Positions 54,739 through 62,650 of a stretch of 62,650 nt of DNA are shown piece after piece. Every line of letters starts with the position of its first letter. Position 1 is the first letter of the stretch. Position numbers and translations under genes: made by a program. The notes beneath the pieces were generated by a model, which searched no databases, was not told the DNA's origin, and saw only the letters and a list, made by a program, of their open reading frames with translations. This stretch comes from a virus. Lineage: Duplodnaviria; Caudoviricetes. The DNA lies in IMG/VR virus record IMGVR_UViG_3300020044_006256, positions 1 through 62,650 of that record; one strand, 5' to 3'.

Positions 54739-56024
54739 TGGAATTACGTAAATATCAAATAAGACTAGCAAAGGATGCTTCCGAAATACTGCAAATGAAA
54801 CACATTGTTTACCTGGCGATGGAAGTGAGAACAGGCAAGACATTAACCGCTTTGCAGACTGCTGAAAATTACGGTGCAAAAAATGTATTATTCCTAACTA
54901 AAATTAGAGCGTTTTCTTCCATTCAAAGTGATTACGATGCTATGAATTACAGCTTTAAGTTAACAGTCGCTAATGATGAGAGTTTGCATAAGGTAATAGG
55001 CGATTTTGATTTAGTCATTCACGATGAGCATCACAGATTTGGAGCGTACCCAAAACCAAACACAACAGCAAAGCTATTTAAAAAGATGTTTGGCGATTTA
55101 CCTATGATATTCTTATCAGGTACTCCAACTGCGGAAGGTTATTCACAATGGTATCACCAATTTTGGGTAAGCAATCATTCGCCATTTAAACAGGCTAACT
55201 TTTACAAATGGGCAAATGATTACGTTGATGTTGAAACAAGGAATTTAGGATATGCAAAAGTGAATGATTATAGCAAAGCACGTAAGAAAGACTTTTGGCA
55301 TTTAATACGCTACTACATTTTAACCTTAACACAAATTGAAGCAGGTTTTGAAACGCAAGTATATGAGAATATTTTGTATTGCGACATCGAACCGATTACA
55401 CATAAGATAATCGAAAGACTACAAAGTGATTTAGTGGTAACCAACAAAGAAGGGCAAACAATTTTAGCGGATACTTCGGTAAAGTTACAACAGAAGTTGC
55501 ACCAGCTTTATAGTGGTACGTGCAAGTTTGAGGATGGGAGCAGTAAGGTAATTGATTTGTCAAAGGCGATGTTTATAGCGGATAAGTTCAAAGGTCAAAA
55601 GATAGCAATCTTTTACAAGTTTGTTGAGGAATACAACGCTTTAAAATTGATTTTAAAAAGTAGTGTTACTAACGACTTAAATGAGTTTAACACCACCGAT
55701 AAAAGCATCGCATTACAAATTGTATCGGGTAGGGAAGGTATAAGTTTAGCAAAAGCAAAGTATTTGATTTATTACAACATTGACTTTTCAGCGATTAGCT
55801 ATTGGCAATCACGTGACCGACTTACTACGATGGACAGAAAGTCAAACGATGTGTACTGGATATTTTCAGAGGGAGGAATAGAGAGCAAAATTTACGCATC
55901 GGTACAAAAGAAAAAAGATTATACAAACGACTTATTCAAAAGAGATTATGCTAGAAAGCAAAATACAAGCCAAAATAATAGCGCAGTTACAAAAAGAGAA
56001 TTGGCTTTGCGTAAAACTTATTAA
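54738..56024 (+). CDS. SF2 (SNF2-like) helicase
   Basis: LRKYQ, VRTGKT, DEHH, LSGTP, GREGISL, QSRDR. Confidence 0.85.
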   Translation: MELRKYQIRLAKDASEILQMKHIVYLAMEVRTGKTLTALQTAENYGAKNVLFLTKIRAFSSIQSDYDAMNYSFKLTVANDESLHKVIGDFDLVIHDEHHRFGAYPKPNTTAKLFKKMFGDLPMIFLSGTPTAEGYSQWYHQFWVSNHSPFKQANFYKWANDYVDVETRNLGYAKVNDYSKARKKDFWHLIRYYILTLTQIEAGFETQVYENILYCDIEPITHKIIERLQSDLVVTNKEGQTILADTSVKLQQKLHQLYSGTCKFEDGSSKVIDLSKAMFIADKFKGQKIAIFYKFVEEYNALKLILKSSVTNDLNEFNTTDKSIALQIVSGREGISLAKAKYLIYYNIDFSAISYWQSRDRLTTMDRKSNDVYWIFSEGGIESKIYASVQKKKDYTNDLFKRDYARKQNTSQNNSAVTKRELALRKTY

Positions 56025-56205
56025 GACAAATTTAAATGGCATACCCGATCTCGTTTGTTTCCGAAATGGCGAAACGATGTTTATCGAAGTTAAACAGGAA
56101 AAGGGCAAATTATCAACGTTACAAAAATACAGACACGATGAAATTAAAAAGCAAGGATTTGAAGTCAAAGTTTGGGATGGATACGGTAAAGACTTTCAAG
56201 AGTAA
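55948..56205 (+). CDS. VRR-NUC nuclease
   Basis: ESKIQ, GIPDL, FIEVKQ..GKLSTLQ. Confidence 0.85.
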   Translation: MLESKIQAKIIAQLQKENWLCVKLIKTNLNGIPDLVCFRNGETMFIEVKQEKGKLSTLQKYRHDEIKKQGFEVKVWDGYGKDFQE

Positions 56206-56331
56206 AAGCAATCGGGATTTTAGGCTTTCCGGATGCGAGAAAAAAGAGAATGATTATGAGGTTACAATCTTTTGGCTTGACACCTTAAAATATGAGAAAC
56301 TACCATTTGATAAAATAGAACCTTATTTACT

Positions 56332-56685
56332 ATGAATATACTAGAACGAATTACAGAAATTAATAGCAGTTTATTACAATACAATTACAATGACCAGGAT
56401 ATAATTTCCTTTTGGGATGAATGTATAAAAACTGCTAATGATAAGCAGCAACTTTTTACGGATGAATTTAAGACTTCTATAAATGGTAAAAAATTAGCTG
56501 ACAAACTAAACAAACTTTTTGGTTTACAATTATTACCAAAGATTAAGCGAAACATTAAAAACGATATTAAGTTTTTGATGCTGGATGAGTTCGGTAAGGT
56601 TTACGAGTTTAAAGGAATTGTTTTAGATTTTTTAGACAACGACATTACCATTGAATTAGATAACTCAACCTTTAGCCTTTATTAA
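56332..56685 (+). CDS. Hypothetical protein
   Basis: ORF in operon. Confidence 0.5.
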   Translation: MNILERITEINSSLLQYNYNDQDIISFWDECIKTANDKQQLFTDEFKTSINGKKLADKLNKLFGLQLLPKIKRNIKNDIKFLMLDEFGKVYEFKGIVLDFLDNDITIELDNSTFSLY

Positions 56686-56687
56686 CT

Positions 56688-56882
56688 ATGAACCAACACA
56701 AAATGTATCGTTGCATTAGGCTTATGCAGTTCCTCCAGGACAAGCCGAGAAATATGCATACAATCGGAAGGTATTTAAACGTAAGCAATAGAACAGTATA
56801 TCGTTATTTAAAACTTTATGAGGCTCTCGGATATTTAGTAACAAAAGACAAATTTGATAAAATACAATTAGTAAAACTATGA
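56688..56882 (+). CDS. Small winged-HTH protein
   Basis: IGRYLNVSNRTVYRYLKLYEALG. Confidence 0.7.
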   Translation: MNQHKMYRCIRLMQFLQDKPRNMHTIGRYLNVSNRTVYRYLKLYEALGYLVTKDKFDKIQLVKL

Positions 56883-56928
56883 ACCCAAACGAAATCGAAG
56901 AAGAAGAAATTTTAATATTCCCTAATTT

Positions 56929-57384
56929 ATGAAGTACATACTAATACTATTATTACTCACAGCTTGTTCAAAACCACAAGCGGAACAATTACAAGAAGTA
57001 AAAGATTATAATTATACGCCAAAGGAAATTGAATTATCAAATTTAATAAACCATTTAAGGGATAGCATTGGATTAGATACTTTAACCTTAAATAACCACA
57101 TATCTTTTAAAAGTGAACAGCACAACTTTTATATGATTAGCAAAAATATCATTTCACACGATAATAATTATCAAAGGTTTGAGAATATTATTTCAGTTCT
57201 TCATTGTACAAAAGTTGGAGAGGTATTAGCATACAATTACCAAACTAATCAAAATGTTTTAATAGCTTGGATAAATAGTCCAGCACACGACACGATACTC
57301 GTTGCGGATTATAAAAGAATAGGGATATCAATACGATATGATGAATTTCAAAGGATGTACTATACCGTAATATTTTCGGATTAA
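56929..57384 (+). CDS. CAP/SCP-domain lipoprotein
   Basis: LLTAC lipobox; IN..R, H..YM, SHD, VGEVLA, WINSPAH, IGIS. Confidence 0.8.
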   Translation: MKYILILLLLTACSKPQAEQLQEVKDYNYTPKEIELSNLINHLRDSIGLDTLTLNNHISFKSEQHNFYMISKNIISHDNNYQRFENIISVLHCTKVGEVLAYNYQTNQNVLIAWINSPAHDTILVADYKRIGISIRYDEFQRMYYTVIFSD

Positions 57385-57407
57385 TAAGTAACTTATAAGT
57401 TACTAAT

Positions 57408-57446
57408 AAAAAAACCCCTAGTCTAAATCAATAGCTAGGGGTTTTT
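57408..57446. terminator. Bidirectional intrinsic terminator between convergent operons
   Basis: AAAAAACCCCTAG...CTAGGGGTTTTT. Confidence 0.8.
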
Positions 57447-57478
57447 AATTTCGTCCCAAATTTAATCTATAATTGGGA

Positions 57479-57997
57479 CTAAATAAACCAAATTTTATCT
57501 TTAAACTTTTGCAAAAGGAAGTAAGTAGGAATTAAAAGCAGTAACCAAAACAACCAAAAGTAATTTGCTTTTTTATCAATTACTTTAATATCTTGCTTTG
57601 CAGTCTTTGAACTTTCATCCTTTGCGCTTGTTTTAACTGCTTTTTGTTTGATTTGAGCAACTTTAACCGCTTTTACTATATTAGTACTAGACTTCTTTTT
57701 TTTGCTCTTTAAAATAGTGTTAAAATAAGTTTTACCGTTTATAGTAATCGGTTTTGAATTATCAACAGGAACGAAGGTAATTTCTTCTTCTTCTTCGTTT
57801 TGAGAGTAATTTTCGTTAGTATCTACTTTAGTTGTAGTTTTACTACTGTCTAACGTTACTATTTCTGTTTTAGCCGTTTCCATTGTTTCGGTTGTGGATT
57901 TATTCACTTTTCTAGCTGAGCAGGAAGTCATTAACAAAAAAGTTATAATAGCCAAAGCCGTTTCGATTAGTAGAATTTTAGTTGATTTGTGTATCAT
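57479..57997 (-). CDS. Lipoprotein with C-terminal TM helix (unimolecular spanin-like)
   Basis: LMTSC lipobox, ARKVNKS, WLFWLLLLIP. Confidence 0.65.
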   Translation of the reverse strand: MIHKSTKILLIETALAIITFLLMTSCSARKVNKSTTETMETAKTEIVTLDSSKTTTKVDTNENYSQNEEEEEITFVPVDNSKPITINGKTYFNTILKSKKKKSSTNIVKAVKVAQIKQKAVKTSAKDESSKTAKQDIKVIDKKANYFWLFWLLLLIPTYFLLQKFKDKIWFI

Positions 57998-58097
57998 TTT
58001 TTGTTTATATAAAGTTCGTTTTTCTTAATTACTAAAGTGTAAACTCCGTTGATTTTTAACCAATATCGGTTGTACTTGTCAAATAGATAGTTTGGTG

Positions 58098-58424
58098 TCA
58101 TAGCGTTATATTTATTTTTCTTGTTTCACACCCCATCTTATGCACTCCATCTGTTTGATGACATTTAGGACAGTAATCACTTTGTACGCACTTTGGATAA
58201 GTACAGTAATCTAAATTGCAACCCTCTCCTTCACGTTTAACGCCATTGAGTTTGCATTTTTCAGAATCAACACCATTACTCCAAAACATATCGCAGTTAT
58301 GAGCATCATCTTCACGATTGAACACTCCATAACTTTGCCATATTAAACTTTCTGGAGCAGTAAACCTATAACAGTAATCTTTTGATGGACAAAGACTGTC
58401 GTTGCATTTTGATATATCAGCCAT
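58098..58424 (-). CDS. Small Cys-rich protein
   Basis: DISKC...CPSKDYCYRFTA; orthologue of 25039..25266 with an insertion. Confidence 0.65.
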   Translation of the reverse strand: MADISKCNDSLCPSKDYCYRFTAPESLIWQSYGVFNREDDAHNCDMFWSNGVDSEKCKLNGVKREGEGCNLDYCTYPKCVQSDYCPKCHQTDGVHKMGCETRKINITL

Positions 58425-58547
58425 TTATTTTGAATTTTAGTTTTAATAAATTTCTATAAACTTCATTAACGCTTTCACGATTTTGACCTCTGTTGTAGTA
58501 GAAGTTCATTATCTTTTTAATTCTGTATTCGGGTGTGTGCTTTTTCA

Positions 58548-59717
58548 TTAGAAAATGTGTGTAATTCTTAAGATTTGTCCGTGTTCTTTGCAATGGATGA
58601 AACCCTCAACAGCTTTGGGGGCGTGTTGGTAGCCGTTACGATGATGCCAACTATCTGTACCGCTTGGACTTCTTAAACTTTCAACCGTTATTCCTATGTA
58701 ATCCTTTGAAGTTTTATGGTGTACGTGATGAGTATAGATATATCGGTGTTTGGTTAAACTCCATTCGCTTGGATATTCAACAGCCATTAATAAAGGTAAA
58801 TCGATTTGTTTTGCACCATCTCCGTGCGTTGTTCCAATAAGATTGTTATGATACTGAAAAGCCTTTCGGTGTGCTATTGAACAATCAAAAGTTATATTCT
58901 CGCAGTTCTTAAAATATGTTTCAATCACTTGCGCCAGGAAGAAGCCATTTGTGTAATCGTGGTTTGAAGGATTGAAAGTAAAATGAACATCGGCAACCGT
59001 TAAAAGCAACTCTAATACATCAACATATAATTGTTTAGCGATTAGAAAATTAGTGTGCCACATTCCATCGGTGTCCTGTGGTGTTCCACTTGTAGTTGTT
59101 CTTTGCGGATTATCAATGTGCAAAATATCGTTACCGCCTATGAAAAGTATCTTATCAATATGGAAAGACGAAACCTTTTTTAAGATGCCACGTACACCAC
59201 TTAAAACCCTTTGTACTGCTATTTGATTGTTATAAGTTTCGCCACTTTCAAAAGCGGAGCATAGTTTACCTATGTGAATGTCGGCTGGGTCTATTACAAG
59301 CAAATAACTTTCAGTATTTTCGATGCGTTCCAATTTTGGGAACTTCGGAACGTACTCTTGTAAGTCTTGAATTAAATTATCACGCAAAGTTGAAAGTAGT
59401 ACTTCATCCTGTTTAACAAATAAAGGATTTGTAACCCTAATACTTTCATTTTTTGATTTTAACCAAAGCATTGGAGTAGTGGAAGGGTCAACTCCTAAAT
59501 TATCACACGCATCAATTACGCCCTGGTTATATTCGCTTAAAGTTATGCGGTTTCTATTTCTTAAAATGTACCTTGAAAGTTCTTCGACTTCGCTTGTGTT
59601 GGGGGTTTTGTTATTCTTTTTGAAAACATCCCTTGCAACTTTTACATTGGGTAAATCGGGATTATTATTTAAGCAATTTCTAATTTCATTATCGTAAATT
59701 TTCCATTGAGAAGCCAT
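58548..59717 (-). CDS. Calcineurin-like metallophosphoesterase
   Basis: ADIHIG, GND.LH, SNHD, HGD, HHVHH. Confidence 0.8.
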   Translation of the reverse strand: MASQWKIYDNEIRNCLNNNPDLPNVKVARDVFKKNNKTPNTSEVEELSRYILRNRNRITLSEYNQGVIDACDNLGVDPSTTPMLWLKSKNESIRVTNPLFVKQDEVLLSTLRDNLIQDLQEYVPKFPKLERIENTESYLLVIDPADIHIGKLCSAFESGETYNNQIAVQRVLSGVRGILKKVSSFHIDKILFIGGNDILHIDNPQRTTTSGTPQDTDGMWHTNFLIAKQLYVDVLELLLTVADVHFTFNPSNHDYTNGFFLAQVIETYFKNCENITFDCSIAHRKAFQYHNNLIGTTHGDGAKQIDLPLLMAVEYPSEWSLTKHRYIYTHHVHHKTSKDYIGITVESLRSPSGTDSWHHRNGYQHAPKAVEGFIHCKEHGQILRITHIF

Positions 59718-59753
59718 AAGCGGTCGTTTTAGTTAGGTAAACGTACGAAATTA

Positions 59754-59770
59754 GTAGTTAAGTTCACTAC
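59754..59770. promoter_or_regulatory. 17 bp operator GTAGTTAAGTTCACTAC
   Basis: Matches operators at 46648, 49040 and 50994; upstream of the phosphoesterase gene. Confidence 0.6.
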
Positions 59771-59803
59771 TTTATATCATTATTTATAATGATTATGAAT
59801 AAC

Positions 59804-60253
59804 TTACTTTGTAAAGTACAAAGCACTTTCTTTAATTCTGCGGTTTGTAAGACCTTGAATTGGTTTACCCCCAGCTTTATTCCAACGAAGAAACTCCTTT
59901 GCTATCATAGCATCGTTAGGGTTGATATTAACCAATTTTAATAGGGTAGAAGAAGCTAATGCCCCCGAACCTAAATTGTAAGCAAAGCTAACAAGACTGT
60001 TGAACTGATTTTGAGTAATTGGTTTATGTACGATATTGGAAACTTTAACCGCAAACCTATCGGCATTTAATTTTAATAAATCTTCTGCTCGTTGTTTGGT
60101 AATTACAGCATCCGACATTTGCACTTTTACATTATTTTCGTAGTACGTATTTCCAAACCCGATAGTGGCTATACCTGCTGAACATTTGTAAGGTTTTAAA
60201 CTTAAACCCTCAAAACTTTTTATCAAATCGTAACCGCTTTTATCTAGTTTCAT
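59804..60253 (-). CDS. Endolysin, GH24 lysozyme
   Basis: IKSFEG, PYKCSAG.ATIGFG, QNQFNSLVSFAYNLG, GLTNRR..E. Confidence 0.9.
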   Translation of the reverse strand: MKLDKSGYDLIKSFEGLSLKPYKCSAGIATIGFGNTYYENNVKVQMSDAVITKQRAEDLLKLNADRFAVKVSNIVHKPITQNQFNSLVSFAYNLGSGALASSTLLKLVNINPNDAMIAKEFLRWNKAGGKPIQGLTNRRIKESALYFTK

Positions 60254-60312
60254 TGTCTGTTATTAAAATTATGCACATTATTAAAACCATTGTGACGAAA
60301 AATAAATATGAG

Positions 60313-60651
60313 TTATCCATTAATTCTGTCTTTTAAAGTATTAAACGCTACTAGGATAATCGCAACAAATAAACCAACAGCAGTCGTTCCCCAAAACTTT
60401 GTCATTTCGATATCTTTTTGGATTAATTTGTTTTCAATTTCCAACATTCTTGTTCGTTTGTCTATTTCATCCATTAAATTAAGAACGCCTCTTTTGCCGT
60501 TTAATTCACTTCCAGCAAGTAGCACCACCATTTCACTTTGTCGGTCAGAAACGGCTTTAACATCCTTTTTTAACTCTAATCGGTGTTGCTCGTATCTGTC
60601 CATTTTCTCGGACAATTCATTTAAGTAAGAGGCTATATCTTTTGAACTCAT
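60313..60651 (-). CDS. Coiled-coil protein with C-terminal TM (holin/antiholin-like)
   Basis: Upstream of lysozyme; single C-terminal hydrophobic helix. Confidence 0.5.
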   Translation of the reverse strand: MSSKDIASYLNELSEKMDRYEQHRLELKKDVKAVSDRQSEMVVLLAGSELNGKRGVLNLMDEIDKRTRMLEIENKLIQKDIEMTKFWGTTAVGLFVAIILVAFNTLKDRING

Positions 60652-60863
60652 TGTGTAATATTTTCGTTTGTTTTTTGAGTTCTGAAAAGTGAAAATCCAC
60701 CTGCGCCTAAAAAGCCTAAAAAGACAAACTCTTTAACATCGAACTTGCTGTCAAATAGTGGTAAGAGTGCGTACAAAGTAGCTACGAAAAACGAACTGAA
60801 AGTCATCAAACGCTTTTGACTCCATTTATTATTAACCGTTAAAGTGTCTTTAAAAATCTTCAT
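60648..60863 (-). CDS. Holin-like two-TM protein
   Basis: KWSQKRL followed by two hydrophobic helices. Confidence 0.55.
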   Translation of the reverse strand: MKIFKDTLTVNNKWSQKRLMTFSSFFVATLYALLPLFDSKFDVKEFVFLGFLGAGGFSLFRTQKTNENITQ

Positions 60864-61204
60864 TTAAAATATATTCTCAATTCTTTTATTACTAATGCTA
60901 TTGAAACCCCACAGCTTAACCAAATTAACAAAGTGATGTTCGGCATCCATAAACTGAATAAACCGCCTAAAAGCGTTCCTATTGCAGTCCTGCCGACATC
61001 GTTAAAATCAAAGTATGACTTCATTAACATTGACTGTAACCATTCCCACGCAAACCCAATAGAAGCACCAACGATTAAAGAGATTAAAGGCACTCCAACA
61101 ATCTTACTATAAGTTGTAAACTCTGCAAAGTTTGTTAGTGAACCAATCAGGTACATAATGGTGAAGCCAATCGCTATATGAAGTGCGTTTCTCATAAATT
61201 CCAA
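60860..61204 (-). CDS. Multi-TM membrane protein
   Basis: Orthologue of 27836..28177. Confidence 0.65.
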   Translation of the reverse strand: MEFMRNALHIAIGFTIMYLIGSLTNFAEFTTYSKIVGVPLISLIVGASIGFAWEWLQSMLMKSYFDFNDVGRTAIGTLLGGLFSLWMPNITLLIWLSCGVSIALVIKELRIYFK

Positions 61205-61902
61205 ATAAATGTTAATCCGTTTTGAGGCAATACCGTTGTGTCTTTAAAAGCCATTGCTGAACTCGGCATTGTTCCTTTACTATTATTTGGTAAATTGCTA
61301 TTGGCTTCCAAAGTATTCCAATTACCTGTGATTAGTTTTCTATTGTTCCAATCGTTGTACGTATAAATTCCGTTAACTAATTCGCTTTTACCACGTAACC
61401 CAATTTGAGGATTAACTGCTCCAGCTTGACCGACTGCATCCGAATACACGAATTGGATTGTGTTATCTAACTTTAAAACGATTTGGAATGATACTTTTGT
61501 ACCTGAATAATTCATTATTGAAACCTCTGAAAATTGAACTACAAAATCACCGTTTGTATTCAGTCCGTGTGATATGCTTGAATTTTTGTTATTAGCCATT
61601 AAATTAACGCCAAAAGCTGAAACAACATAATCACACGCCCATCCTTTTACGGTGTTTGAAATAGGACTTTTCACAGTCGCATCCATAATACTACCGTTAT
61701 CCAAGCCTTTACCTAAAGTTATAAATCCATTGTTGTAAATTCTTGCTGAATTGTACGTTGTTCCGCAAAAGATAAAAGAGGAAGGCAAAGTAATTTCGGT
61801 TGAAGTATCAACGTTTAACTGCGTTCCTAATTGCCAAAGCGTTCCGTTTAAAGGCTCAAATGTGCCTTTTAATAAACTAAAGTTGTAGTCTGTTGTTTTC
61901 AT
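61192..61902 (-). CDS. Accessory beta-rich protein resembling Bacteroidota surface-protein domains
   Basis: YNFS...GTF.PL, LP..F.F.G..Y, NNGFITLG, FVVQF, FQIVL...N.IQFVY, QIGLRG; absent from A. Confidence 0.55.
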   Translation of the reverse strand: MKTTDYNFSLLKGTFEPLNGTLWQLGTQLNVDTSTEITLPSSFIFCGTTYNSARIYNNGFITLGKGLDNGSIMDATVKSPISNTVKGWACDYVVSAFGVNLMANNKNSSISHGLNTNGDFVVQFSEVSIMNYSGTKVSFQIVLKLDNTIQFVYSDAVGQAGAVNPQIGLRGKSELVNGIYTYNDWNNRKLITGNWNTLEANSNLPNNSKGTMPSSAMAFKDTTVLPQNGLTFIWNL

Positions 61903-62213
61903 TTTATTGCTTTTATGCAGTGGTTTTTTTCTATTTTATCTAATATCCAAACTAGAACTTTTCCAAATGCGGTTAGTGTTTCATCTCTTTCGTTTTTCCC
62001 TAATGCGGATGACAATGTTTCTGTTTCATCACCAAATTGATAACCGTTATTTTTAATTAATACCTTATTCCACATTGAACGAAATTCTCTGTTTGCAAAC
62101 TTGTCGATGTTAATCGCAGTTGATTTGAAATAACCGCTTTTCTCATCCACAAAAAAGAAGTTTACAATCGTTAAAGGCAATAGCAATATGTATGCGATTA
62201 AAAATAATATCAT
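61899..62213 (-). CDS. Conserved phage membrane-anchored protein
   Basis: Orthologue of 28170..28502. Confidence 0.7.
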   Translation of the reverse strand: MILFLIAYILLLPLTIVNFFFVDEKSGYFKSTAINIDKFANREFRSMWNKVLIKNNGYQFGDETETLSSALGKNERDETLTAFGKVLVWILDKIEKNHCIKAIK

Positions 62214-62644
62214 ATTTGTATCGCATTCGCTTGGATGAATATATCATCAACTTGCGTGTCGGTCAATCCTAAAACGTATTGTAAAAGTTGAACCGTTGCA
62301 CTCCCTCTTTCTATTGTTGTACCGTAATTCCAAACGTACAATGCTCCTGTTTTCATCGGTTCGTCTAATCCGTTCAAAGCGGTTTCGATATTGCTTTCTA
62401 ATCCGCTTAATTTTAGGATAGTTCGCACTCGCCAAAGTTGAACCTCTTGTGGAATTTCTATGCTTTCGGCTATCTCTTGCTCTGTCGCATTTTCGTAAAA
62501 TATTCTAGTTTCAAAGTTGAAATAAGGATTTACAAAATTTTCTGTTAAAAGTTCATCAATAGCCAATTCATTAGATTGTAAATTTTCAACCTCTAAAACC
62601 GCATATAATAATTTACCGCTATTTTTATCAATAATTGTTTTCAT
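62210..62644 (-). CDS. Tail fibre-associated (assembly chaperone-like) protein
   Basis: Orthologue of 28499..28933. Confidence 0.6.
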   Translation of the reverse strand: MKTIIDKNSGKLLYAVLEVENLQSNELAIDELLTENFVNPYFNFETRIFYENATEQEIAESIEIPQEVQLWRVRTILKLSGLESNIETALNGLDEPMKTGALYVWNYGTTIERGSATVQLLQYVLGLTDTQVDDIFIQANAIQI

Positions 62645-62650
62645 ATTAAT
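62487..62650 (+). repeat. Exact repeat of 28776-28939
   Basis: GCATTTTCGTAAAATATTC...TTTTCATATTAAT identical. Confidence 0.95.

Larger units (their letters stand above)
28940..62650. mobile_element. Phage B, apparently complete ~33.7 kb temperate siphovirus genome
   Basis: Second full set of virion genes plus integrase, attP and repressor; window end 62487-62650 repeats 28776-28939, closing a circle. Confidence 0.85.

Noticed and set aside
49438-56168. Minus-strand ORFs 49438..49827, 49775..49969, 51010..51288, 51968..52453, 55932..56168
   Set aside because: Antisense to the plus-strand early operon, with no recognisable features.
56036-56335. 99 aa ORF as annotated
   Set aside because: First half overlaps VRR-NUC; only a shorter product from a downstream ATG is plausible, so it was not called.
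1-62650. CRISPR array, rRNA, host chromosomal genes or stop-codon reassignment
   Set aside because: No regularly spaced repeats, no housekeeping genes, and conserved genes are intact under the standard code with TAA, TAG and TGA all used as stops.
1-62650. Tandem duplication of a single phage, or helper-satellite pair
   Set aside because: Orthologues are strongly diverged, replication modules differ, and each half has its own full virion and packaging set.

Overview
The window is two complete, related but clearly distinct Bacteroidota (probably Flavobacteriaceae-type) siphovirus genomes joined through a shared ~1.56 kb tail-fibre segment (28776-30333). Window bases 1-121 repeat at 30213-30333 and bases 62487-62650 repeat at 28776-28939. 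Phage A therefore closes as a ~30,212 bp circle and phage B as a ~33,711 bp circle. This is most likely a figure-8 assembly path, possibly a real co-integrate. Phage A has all genes on the minus strand, no integrase or repressor, and encodes a DnaB-like helicase, ERF, a ParB-methylase and an M15 endolysin. Phage B is temperate, with a tyrosine integrase, an intact attP matching a tRNA-Ser 3' end, a cI/cro-like switch, a primase-helicase, an SF2 helicase and a GH24 lysozyme. Both share an unusual virion gene order. The most interesting non-annotated signals are four. (1) Each phage has a promoter- and terminator-bounded ~60-70 nt RNA that is antisense to the translation-initiation motif of several of its own early genes. 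(2) Each phage has a ~90-100 nt leader RNA whose 5' hairpin loop is complementary to the loop of a terminator, with the same architecture but different sequence. (3) A -1 frameshift is conserved in a tail chaperone placed right after terL. (4) CCTG/CAGG appears to be totally absent from phage A only. Each phage also has an ECF-like sigma factor with matching late-promoter motifs. All calls are by eye; no database searches were run.
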